A DNA stretch of 9,528 nucleotides, taken from assembly GCF_006345805.1 (NCBI RefSeq), contig NW_021828022.1:1-9528 (forward strand), given 5' to 3'. Both the position numbers and the translations under genes were made by a program. The notes beneath the pieces are model-generated. The model had not been told where the DNA came from and made no database searches. It saw nothing but the letters and a program-made list of their open reading frames with translations. This DNA comes from Octopus sinensis (lineage: Eukaryota). Position 1 is the stretch's first letter. Each line of letters begins with the position of its first letter. Below are positions 1 to 9,245 of this stretch, one piece after another.

Positions 1-123
1 CAAGGTTCTTTTACTTCTTTCTTTTTACAATAAGAAAGAATTTTTTTCTCTATAGTAACAGTGAATTTGCTTTTAGACGTTGAAATGTCACACACATATT
101 TTAACAAACCTAAAGTTCGCTTA

Positions 124-288
124 GTTCTGAGTTCAAATTCCGCCGAGGTCGACTTTGCCTTTCATCCTTTCGGGGTCGATAAATTAAGTACCAGTTACGC
201 ACTGGGGTCGGTGTAATCGACTTAATCCGTTTGTCTGTCCTTGTTTGTCGTTTCTATGTTTAGCCTCTTGTGGGTAATAAACAGATAT
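124..288 (+). mobile_element. tRNA-derived SINE, family A, 5'-truncated copy (B box, central domain, Tx1-like tail)
   Basis: GTTCTGAGTTCAAATTCC (B box), then GAGGTCGACTTTGCCTTTCATCCTTTCGGGGTCGATAAATTAAGTACCAGTT, near-identical to 1499-1571. Ends ...TAGCCTCTTGTGGGTAATAAA. The central block resembles my recollection of the MetaSINE domain (not verified). Confidence 0.85.
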
Positions 289-296
289 TATAGTAA

Positions 297-307
297 TGTG
301 TGTGTGG

Positions 308-340
<33 letters not shown>
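297..340. repeat. (GT)n microsatellite
   Basis: Run of GT dinucleotides with a few interruptions. Confidence 0.9.
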
Positions 341-524
341 GGTATGGTAAGAGGTTTGATTCCTAGGCCCTTTTGGCCAATTTAATGAATAAAAGAGTTT
401 TGATTCCTAACCATATCGTTCAAGGTTCAGTCACTAAGCGTGACAATTTGGTCAAGTGTTTTCATTGCCCCGACAGACCGAAGCCTTATGAGAGACTTGG
501 TAGAAGGAAACTGAAAGAAGACCG
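341..524 (+). mobile_element. SINE family B (tRNA head + CORE-like domain, octopus OR-type), diverged 5' half
   Basis: Colinear with 9246-9395: CCATATCGTTCAAGGTTCAGTC...TTGGTCAAGTGTTTTC...AAGCCTTATGAGAGACTTGGTAGAAGGAAACTGAAAGAAGACCG. Interrupted at 366-393 and at 525. Confidence 0.75.
366..393 (+). mobile_element. 28-bp tail-only retroposon insertion with 16-bp target-site duplication
   Basis: Flanked by AGAGGTTTGATTCCTA (350-365) and AGAGTTTTGATTCCTA (394-409; 1 mismatch). Insert is GGCC-CTTTT-GGCC-AATTTAATGAATAAA. Confidence 0.55.
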
Positions 525-1178
525 ATTTCTTTATTACCCACAAGGGGCTATCCGAAGAATAGGACAAAATACAAAACATGACAAACATAATCTCGGGGAA
601 CTTAAAATTACAAAAAGAACATGAAATAAGAAGAAAAAAATAAAAGAAACGGATGATAATATGAAAGAGTATAAAATGAGGCGCAATGCCCACTCGAACC
701 CCGAAGTCGAGTGGTTACATTTAGACAACTTTTCTCTTTTTCATAAATCAATATCTATTTCGATTGTCCTTTTTTCTTTCTTTTTCACAAAATTACTTCA
801 GAATTTTTCTTTTCAGTTTTTCATATTCGACTACAGAAGGTGGAATCTCTGCAACCAACACCATTTCATCTGTGTTACATTTTTAGCAAATCCATCCATA
901 AATCTTTCATACTCTTCCTTGTGTATCAAAATACCTCTATCATCTGCATCAAAACTGTTTCACCCTCGCCAGTCCCTTCGTTTGCGCAATTTTTCTTTCC
1001 ACATCCACACTTTTTCCATACGTTATAAAGGCACCCTCATATTTACATCGTTCATTTTCTGTTTCTTCCTCTCTCTCTTGCATCTTCTTACCTTTCTTGC
1101 TTTCTACTGAATGTTCTCTTGCCTTAGATTTCTTTCTTCTTTTGGGGCTTATAACCCTATCACTCTCCTTCTTTGTTT
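525..1178 (-). mobile_element. 654-bp retroposed element (5'-truncated or non-autonomous, Tx1-like tail) with perfect 14-bp TSD
   Basis: CTGAAAGAAGACCG occurs at 511-524 and again at 1179-1192, and splits a family B SINE into colinear halves. Minus-strand 3' end is ...TTTTGTCC...TAGCCCCTTGTGGGTAATAAAGAAAT, similar to the 3' end of the Tx1 element. No poly(A). Confidence 0.8.
793..1176 (-). pseudogene. Frame-broken ORF1-like coding remnant inside the 654-bp insertion
   Basis: Hand translation with two frame changes: TKKESDRVISPKRRKKSKAREHSVESKKGKKMQEREEETENERCKYEGAFITYGKSVDVERKIAQTKGLARVK / FDADDRGILIHKEEYERFMDGFAK / CNTDEMVLVAEIPPSVVEYEKLKRKILK-stop (TAA at 793-795). No EN or RT motifs seen. 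Confidence 0.4.
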
Positions 1179-1369
1179 CTGAAAGAAGACCGTCGCATAT
1201 TTGCGCGTGAGTGTGTCATTGTGTTTGCGTTTGTCTCCCCACAATCACTTTACAACTGATGTTGCTTTGTTTATGCCCCTGTAACTAGCGTTTTTGCAAA
1301 AGAGGCCGATAGAGTAAGTAGCAGGTTTAAAAAATAGTAAGTACTGGGACTCAGTTTCTTCAACTAAAT
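1179..1369 (+). mobile_element. SINE family B, 3' half continuing the copy at 341-524
   Basis: TTTGTCTCCCCACAATCACTTTACAACTGATG...GTAACTAGCG...GCAAAAGAGGCCGATAGAGTAAGTA matches 9440-9528. Resumes exactly at the duplicated 14-mer. Confidence 0.75.
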
Positions 1370-1719
1370 CAATGTTTCCCAACCTGTGGTCCGCAACGGT
1401 AGTACTGGGGGTCCGTGACACATGTTAAGCTGCCAGCGAGCTGGCAGAAACATTAGCACACCGGGCGAAATGCTTTTCGGTAGATCGTCTGCCTTTATGT
1501 TCTGAGTTCAAATTCCACCGAGGTTGACTTTGCCTTTCGTCCTTTCGGGGTCGATAAATTAAGTACCAGTTGCATACTGGGATCGATCTAATCGACTGGA
1601 CCCCACTCCCCAAAAATTTCGAGCCTTGTGCCTAGAGTAGAAAAGAATATCCTGGGGCCCGTGGGAAAACTCATTTAAATAAAAGAGGTCATTCGTGGTG
1701 AAAAGGTTGGGAACCACTG
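1370..1719. mobile_element. hAT (Charlie-like) MITE / non-autonomous DNA transposon carrying a nested SINE
   Basis: TIRs: CAATGTTTCCCAACCT (1370-1385) and the reverse complement of CAGTGGTTCCCAACCT (1704-1719), 14/16 identical. Flanking 8-mers AACTAAAT (1362-1369) and GACTAAGC (1720-1727) match 5/8, consistent with a decayed 8-bp hAT TSD. Confidence 0.7.
1431..1648 (+). mobile_element. tRNA-derived SINE family A, near full length, alternative 3' tail
   Basis: A-box-like TGGCAGAAACATTAG (1442), B box GAGTTCAAATTCC (1505), central domain shared with 124-215. Tail ...CCCCAAAAATTTCGAGCCTTGTGCCTAGAGTAGAAAAGAAT. Confidence 0.85.
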
Positions 1720-1732
1720 GACTAAGCTATCA

Positions 1733-1774
1733 AAATCTTGTGAGTAGATTCGGTAGACGGAAACTGAAAGAGCC
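1733..1774 (+). mobile_element. SINE family B fragment (segment just upstream of the internal microsatellite)
   Basis: CTTGTGAGTAGATTCGGTAGACGGAAACTGAAAGAGCC matches CTTGTGAGTGGATTTGGTAGATGGAAACTGAAAGCC at 9354-9389. Confidence 0.75.
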
Positions 1775-1804
1775 TCTCCCACACACGCACACACGCACAC
1801 AGGC

Positions 1805-2487
<683 letters not shown>

Positions 2488-2790
2488 CTTTCTTTTATAG
2501 CCACCAGGGCTGAATACAGAGGGGACAAATACAAATGCAGAGCTTTTCTTTTCGAGGGTGGAAAAAAAATAAAAAATGTAAGATTGCGATCAAAAGGAGC
2601 GAGGAGGATGGAAAAAAAAAGGGAAAAAAGATAAAATCGTGTATCACAGAAATAATGGTGAAAACATTGATATAACAAGAGTGGGTTCATCCGGTGGGAA
2701 GAAAGCTACAGAAAAGACCACGGGAACCCCAGTCAGGGAAGGAAATAAAACACATGGGTCAAAAATGCTCTCTTTCTTTCTTTTTACGAT

Positions 2791-5700
2791 CTACAGGATC
2801 ATGCTCAAAATGGTTTCGTTACTAGAACGCCACCATCTTTGCAACATTCACCCATCTTTTTTGAATCTTTCGCGAGACAAAACTTCCCTCTCCATTCTCA
2901 CCTTCCTTTTCAAGTGGTACTTGAAAAAGTTGATGAGCGATTGGCCAGAGAGGTAAGTGTTTGTCTCTAATCCTTTCGCTCGAGTCCACCACACACATTC
3001 TTTCACCATGGCCACCAGTACGATGAAAACTGCCTTGCCTTCCCGGTTGAGGGAAGGGGGCGGAGCAATCCTTACGATAGACTCGGCCGATAGGCGGATT
3101 CGTCCCACACGTGACAGCAGCCGTTCGGCATAAGCCCACAGGTCGGAAATGGTTGGACATTGCACGAGTGCGTGCAGAACGGTTTCGTCGCTCTGACCGC
3201 ATCTCGGGCAAGTCGGTCCAGTGTGTCTGGAACCGTGTCTGTAGAGCTTATCCCGAACAGGTAATGCTTCTCGATAGCACTGCCAGGCCAGGGATCTTTG
3301 GTGATTGTTCATAGGTCCCGGCCCGAAAGTTGTCCTGAACAGGCGGGTCAGGTGTCTCTTCGTCGACGCCCAGACTCTGCCCGAGTTCGTCGTCGCACCT
3401 CCCCTCCACTAATCCTCTATAGAATGCCTTTGTTGTGATGGAGTCGCACAAGTTCGATCCCGGACGGCAGAGTTGCTTGAGAGCAACGCGACACTCGCGG
3501 TGCCATTCGCCTAGCCTCGGTCTCTGCTTGATCCATGACTGTAGTTCGTCCAAGGAGACGAGCTGCGGGAAAGCGCGCCGCACAAAAGGCGACCACCCCT
3601 GTTCACTGTTGTCTATGAAGCGCCGGAGATGTCGCAGTCTCAGCGCATGTCTGCGCATCATCAACACGGCATGCCCAGCCCTCCATTTAGCGGGTGTTGG
3701 CAGCAAATGGATCGCCTAACCATCGGAACGTTTCCCTTCCACAAGAAGCGGAAGAGTATGCGTTCCAGTTGGTGATGGTAGGGTCGGGACAAGGCACGAC
3801 GGTCAGACGATACTCGATGACGGATGCGATGTACGCGTTCGCCACCTCCGCCCGACCTTTTAGGGATAGCTTTCTCTCAGTCCATTTCTGGGTGAGAGTA
3901 GCCACCCTAGTCGTTATCTCGCCCCAGTTCTTCTCCATTTGGAGGTCCGGACCGAACCAGACCCCGAGCAATTTAACCGGTCCGTCCGTCCAGCGTCCCA
4001 CGATGGAGACGCTGTTGGACGGCATGGGCTTGCTTCTCCAGGTGCCGAGCCGCAAACCCACTGACTTTTCCCGGTTAATTTTTGCTCCCGTTACCGCTTC
4101 GTATTCTTTCAGTGTCTCGCCGACCAGCTCGATGTGCATGTAGCTCGACACTATGACGGTGACGTCATCCGCGTATGCAGACACGCTCCTCCCGCATCCC
4201 AGCTCTCGTGGGATGCCCCTCAGCGTCGCCAGTTTCCGCAGTAGTGGCTCAAGAGTCAGTACATACAGCAGCGATGAGAGGAGGCATCCCTGACGAACCG
4301 AACGCATGATGTTAAAAGGTCTGGATAGATGACCATTTACGCGAACTACTGAGCGGATGCCGCTGTATAAGGCAGCGATCCAACCGCGGAAAACTGGACC
4401 GAAACCAGCCGCTTTGAGGACAGCCTCCAAGTAGTGATGGTCTACCCTATCGAAGGCTTTTGATTGATCCAAATTGATCAGCGCCCCACCCATGCCAGGA
4501 TTTTTAACTACCCTGTCTATGATGTAGCGCATCAGATGGAGGTTGTCATGAATACTTCTACCCGGCACGGCGCATGTTTGCGCCTTGTCGATTAGTTTCT
4601 TGATGACAAGCGCCAACCTCTCGGCTAACACCTTGGCCAAAATTTTCAAATCTGCGTTGAGCAGAGTGATGGGCCTGAAATTATCTATGACGTCCCCCTT
4701 GTTTGGGTCTTTCTTGATCAGTGCCACTGCTCCTCGCTTTACAAAAGCAGGAATACTCCCGTTCTGCTGCCAGTTGCAGTAGACAGCTGCCAAGACGCCT
4801 CCAAACAAGTCTGGCATATGAAAATAAAATTCGTAGGGCAGACCATCCAAGCCTGGTGACTTGTCTCTCGCGCAGCCTACCATCTCATCCTGTACGTCCG
4901 TGATAGGCTTTTCACAAGACTCCACCCCCCTTGCTGAGAGTCGTGGCAAGGCATGCAGGTAGGCACTAAAGTCCACTCTGCTTTCTGACTCACTACTTGT
5001 CCCAAACAGTTGGGTGAAGTGTTGTTGAAAAACCCCACAATCCTTTTAGCTCGAGCAATTCGCGCCCCTGTTCATCTATAAGAGACTGATGGTGGCTCTG
5101 TTGCCTCGTTGCGTCTCCACCACTCGGGCCTCTTGGGCGGCTCCAACTCCTTCGTTCCTCAGAGCACGCATCCTAGCTCTGACAACGCATCCCTCGTGTT
5201 TGGCGTTGAGGTGTTGGTCGAGGGCCAATCTCGCCGCCAGTACGTTGGATGCGATGCCAGTTCTAAGTGCCTCTTCTAAAACCTTAACTAAATCTCCCTC
5301 TATTCTATTTCGGTCTAATGCTAGGGCTCTACTGTATCTGACTGATTCTGCTTTAATCGCTTTTTTTAGGGCATACCACCATCTGTTGTTGATGATGGTA
5401 CCCGTCAAAGCTCTCTTAACTAATGTGTGATCCGGTCCCTGTAAACCTGTCGTGCTGTAAAAGACGCGTTCAGTTTCCAGTAACCAGGACCCTGCCTATG
5501 TGTCTTATCTAAGTCAAGTGTACAAGTCACAAACTTGTGATCTGTGTAACTGACTATATGAAATTGTGGACAACCTACACTATTTTTATCTATTGTCCTA
5601 CAGAATACTCTATCTAAGTATGATCTGGACGACCCGATGCGGTTACTCCATGTCCACATTGGCACATTCGGGTGGTCCAGTCGGTACCTGTCAGACAGTT

Positions 5701-6215
5701 GGAAACGTCTGAGCAGGTCTTTGAGGCATTTGCATCCCCTTCTATTGCTATCTCTGCCCACGTAGTCTAGATGCGTGTCCAGGGTGGCATTCCATCCCCC
5801 ACTAAAAGTAAAGGACGAGACGTTCCCATGAAAGACTCTAGACGTCGAAAGAAATCTGGTCGGCCTGTTAAGGACGGAGCATAAACTGCTATCAGTCGAA
5901 AAGCACACTCATTGCTGCCATCGCATCTAAAACGACCAGCCTACCCTCCGGGTCTAGGAAATTTGCTCTTACTTTGAGATCCAGACTCTTCCGGATAAGC
6001 ACCGCGGTGCCACCTCCGCCCATTCTCGGTAGACACGGAGAAAAATAAATGTTGAAATGTGTACCGAAAATGTGCTGGAGTGCCCGCAAGCTGTGGAGTC
6101 TGGTCTCACTGATGGCTATGATATTCAGATTTAGTGACTTGATGTCATTTAACAGGTAGCCTTGTTTGCAAGGCGACCCCAAGCCACGTACATTTATACT
6201 ACCTATTCTGAGCAT
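2791..6215 (-). CDS. ORF2 polyprotein (APE endonuclease, reverse transcriptase, zf-RVT-type CCHC finger); about 10 frame breaks in this sequence
   Basis: APE motifs: MLRIGSINVRG, SETRL, GGTAVL, LIAVYAP, LLLVGD/WN, YLDRV, YTDHK, GPGYWKLN. RT motifs: KSPGLDGLPYEFY, FRPITLLNADLKILAK, DQSKAFDRVDH, VRQGCLLS, YADD (4164-4175), KINREKS, KLLGV. C-X2-C-X8-H-X4-C at 3157-3210. Frame breaks near 5923, 5793, 5424, 5086, 5045, 3770, 3665, 3355, 2858 and 2830. The stop at 2791 is inferred; TAG at 2822 is the alternative. Confidence 0.9.
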
Positions 6216-6257
6216 GTTCCGATAAAAGTGCAAAAAAGGAAAAGGAGAGAGAAAAGG

Positions 6258-6912
6258 TTACTTGTTTTTCGAAAGTTCTTTGTCTTTCACCTCACGGTCT
6301 TCTTCTATGAGGCTTTATATACAGTTTTTTCGATGAGTACTTTTGAAATCTCCCTACTGCATCAGGGTAAAGAGATTTCAGGGTGCTGTATGTGTTTTGT
6401 GTCACGTGTATTATTTTAATGTGTTGTGGTGGTGTTGTGTGTGGGTGGTTACTTGTTTTTATGTCGTTTTCAGTAATGTTAGTGTTTGACCTAATGTGTT
6501 CCATTAGGTCGTGGTTGTTTGTGTTAATGGCTGTCAACATTTTTGGGGGGTTTGATGATGGTGTGTTTGTGTTGATGTGTGTGTTTTCTGTGGATGTTTT
6601 TGTTTCGGGAGTATTAGTAGCATTGACGGCACGGTCTTTGGTGGCGGTGATGGTGATGTTGGTGTTGTTATTGGTGGCGATATCTTTAGTAGGGATAGCA
6701 GTTTTAGTAGCAGTTTCTGCCATGGTGTTGGTGGTGGTGGTGGACTCACTGATGGTGTTGACGGTGCTTGGCCTTGCGACCTTTGTTTTGTATTTGTTGC
6801 TGTTGATGGTGGTGGAGTTGTCAGGTTCGGCGTATGCTAACAGAGCATCCTGTTTTTCTGTTTCTGCGTCACGCTTGACTTGCACCTCAGCCTCGTGGTG
6901 GCCAGTGGCCAT
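6258..6912 (-). CDS. ORF1 of the Tx1 element: short, Thr/Asn-rich disordered protein with a small C-terminal region, no CCHC knuckle seen
   Basis: ATG at 6912 (MATGHHEAEV...), open to 6292. Two inferred 1-nt deletions near 6360 and 6314 give ...SREISKVLIEKTVYK/SLIEEDREVKDKELSKNK-stop (TAA 6258-6260). ORF1 identity rests on position upstream of ORF2, not on a recognised domain. Confidence 0.6.
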
Positions 6913-7127
6913 TTTGGAAATAAAATGGCTAAATGAAACCACGAAGGCTATGAGAATTTTTCTTTTAAATTTGCCCACAAGGGGCAAAATTTTGTGTCGA
7001 TTTTTATCAAAGGTTTACAGTGGATGTTGTTGCACAACTTTTAAGCACAAAATGTTTGTCAATATACACTTTTAAATAGTCAAAATAAGTGATTACCTTC
7101 GGAGCTGAAACGACATCACATCCGTCA

Positions 7128-7252
<125 letters not shown>

Positions 7253-7264
7253 CAGGTAGGTAGA

Positions 7265-7469
7265 TATGTATGTGTGTGTGTCTTTTTGTCTGTATTTGTC
7301 CTCCACCACTTCTTGGACAACTAGTGTTGGTGCGTTCTCGTCCTGTAACCTAGCAGTTCGACAAATATAGTCCGATAAAATAAGTACTAAGCTTAAAAAG
7401 TAAAATAAGTATAGTGGTCGATTCTTTCGACTCAAAATTTTCCAGGCGGTACATTACCATGGCTGTAGT
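7265..7469 (+). mobile_element. SINE family B, diverged 3' half
   Basis: TGTCTGTATTTGTCCTCCACCAC...GGACAACTAGTGTTGGTGCG...GTAACCTAGCAGTTCGACAAA...CCGATAAAATAAGTACTAAGCTT...GGTCGATT...AGGCGGT...CATGGC is colinear with 9437-9528 and with the reverse complement of 8690-8875. Confidence 0.75.
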
Positions 7470-7859
7470 ACAACCATAAAATCAACATCATAAGCCAGAG
7501 TACTTCAATATGTCCCCCTCACAATATATATTACAATAGGAACGGGGACGCTTATAATGTATCGTCTGCTTTGCTGCTATACGTCACACGTGACTCGCCC
7601 AAATGTCGGCTGCGGCATCAATATTGCGCTGCATTGCTGTTAGTGTTGTTAATGATTGTTGTTTTAGATGTTATAGTTGAAGTAACAGCTAAAAGTACAT
7701 GTATACACACTGCAAAATGGTAAAATGGTGAAAGTATATCGATAGGGTCACGCCGGCTTAGAATGATGATATACTTTCACAGCAAAAACCTCTCCCTTGT
7801 TCTTTCTCTCTTTCCCTCTCATTCTCTTCCACCTTTCGCGTTCTTTGTTCTTTTATGCA

Positions 7860-8200
7860 GACATACATACACACATAAATACATACTTACACACATATAT
7901 ACATACATACAAATACATGTGTGCATGTATGTGTATATATTAATATAAATATATTTATATTTATATATATCATGTGTACACTAACACACACACACACACT
8001 GCGAAAATCACTCCATCGCTCTGTCTCTCCTTCTTTTCCCTCCCTATCTTGTTATGTTTGTGTGTGTGTATATTATATATACATACTCACACACACAGAC
8101 ATACACACATACGTATTTAAGCACATACATACATACATACATACATACATACATACATACATACATACATACGTATATATATATATATATATATATATAC
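7860..8200. repeat. Compound (CATA)n/(TA)n/(CA)n simple repeats
   Basis: For example (ACAT)n at about 8124-8171 followed by (TA)n to 8198; similar degenerate units at 7860-7998. Confidence 0.9.
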
Positions 8201-8229
8201 ACGCACCAAAGCATATTAGAGTAACTACT

Positions 8230-8390
8230 CCTGTCTCTGTCTCTCTCTCTCACTCTCTCTCTCTCACTTACTTTCTCTTTCTGTTACTGCCTCCCTCCTT
8301 TTCTTTCGTCTCCTCTCTCTGCCTTTTTGTCTTTTTCCTTCTCGCCCTCTCTGTCTTCCCCTCTCTCTTTCTCTCTCTTTCTCTCACAGA
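8230..8390. repeat. CT-rich low-complexity tract
   Basis: Degenerate (CT)n/(CTTT)n polypyrimidine run. Confidence 0.85.
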
Positions 8391-8519
8391 CATACCATAA
8401 CGTGTTGTCTTGTACACTCGCTTGACACAAATATAAAAATATACACACTTCATACATACATGCCTATCATACATACACACTCTGGACGCAAACGCACGTT
8501 CTACACTTATTTACAGTTT

Positions 8520-8655
8520 ATAATAAAAAATAAAAAAAAAATATATAAAAAAAAAAAAAATAAATATATATATATATATATAGATATATATATATTATAT
8601 ATCTATATATATATATATTTATATATACATATACACACAGGGCCACACACACATA
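8520..8655. repeat. A-rich, (TA)n and (CA)n low complexity
   Basis: Poly-A runs followed by TA and CA dinucleotide repeats. Confidence 0.85.
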
Positions 8656-8890
8656 TCTTTTATTCTTTTACTTGTTTCAGTCATTTTTGACCGTGGCCAT
8701 GCTGGAACACAGCCTTAAAGGGGTTTTTTAGTCTAAGAAATCGTCCTCAGGACTTATTCTTTGTAAGCCTAGTACTTATCATATCGGTGTCTTTTGCCGA
8801 ACCGCTAAGAAAAGGGGACGTAAACACACCAGCATTAGTTGTCGAGCGATGGTGGTTGGGACAAACACAGACACAAAGACACTCACACTT
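8656..8890 (-). mobile_element. SINE family B, 3' half with complete tail
   Basis: Reverse complement reads TGTCTGTGTTTGTCCC...GGTGTGTTTACGTCCCC...CTTAGCGGTTCGGCAAAAGACACCGAT...CCAGCATGGCCACGGTC...TGACTGAAACAAGTAAAAGAATAAAAGA, matching 9437-9528. Confidence 0.85.
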
Positions 8891-8922
8891 AAAATTATAC
8901 ACATACGTACATAGATACATAT

Positions 8923-9080
8923 AGGAGCGGCTGTGTGGTAAGTAGCTTGTTTACCATCCAAATGGTTTCGGGTTCAGTCCCTCTGCGTAATACTTTGGGC
9001 TACGGTCTTCTACTATTGTCTTGGGCCAGCCAAAGGCTTGTGAGTGGATCTGGTCGATGGAAACTGAGAGGAGCACGTTG

Positions 9081-9132
<52 letters not shown>
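8923..9132 (+). mobile_element. SINE family B, 5' half ending in its (TA)n(TG)n microsatellite
   Basis: GGAGCGGCTGTGTGGTAAGTAGCTTG...GGGTTCAGTCCC...TTGGGC...GGAAACTGAGAG is highly similar to 9246-9395. Microsatellite at 9080-9132. Confidence 0.85.
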
Positions 9133-9133
<1 letters not shown>

Positions 9134-9135
9134 CT

Positions 9136-9214
9136 GGAGGTGCAATGGCCCAGTCATACGATCGCGTTTTCGATTCCCAGACCGGGCATTGTAAGTCTTT
9201 ATTGAGCGAAAACA
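9136..9214 (+). mobile_element. Fragment of a third tRNA-derived SINE (head only, internally deleted)
   Basis: A-box-like TGGCCCAGT and B-box-like GTTTTCGATTCCC lie closer together than in a tRNA. The sequence matches my recollection of another octopus SINE head; there is no second copy in the window to confirm. Confidence 0.45.
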
Positions 9215-9245
9215 GTCTCGCAACACCCAAACGAAATACATACAT

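Noticed and set aside
1431-1520. tRNA-like A and B boxes as a tRNA gene
   Set aside because: No complete cloverleaf; continues into SINE body and tail, so it is a SINE head.
2639-5430. Plus-strand ORFs overlapping ORF2 (e.g. 3694-4143, 5089-5430, 3435-3719)
   Set aside because: Antisense to the RT/APE frame in GC-rich sequence; no recognisable motifs.
2791-6215. Programmed ribosomal frameshifting or editing as the explanation for the ORF2 breaks
   Set aside because: Breaks are numerous, mostly single-base deletions without consistent slippery sites, and similar dropouts occur in the non-coding repeats; sequencing error or decay is simpler.
6383-7075. 230-aa hydrophobic plus-strand ORF resembling a membrane protein
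   Set aside because: Antisense shadow of the ACN/AAY-rich ORF1 codons, which complement to Val/Leu; no independent support.
7560-7640. CpG-containing patch with CACGTG and TACGTCA motifs as a regulatory site
   Set aside because: Short motifs expected by chance; no linked gene or conservation evidence available in the window.
7763-8690. ORFs rich in HTY/IY/SL repeats
   Set aside because: Products of CATA, TA and CT simple repeats.
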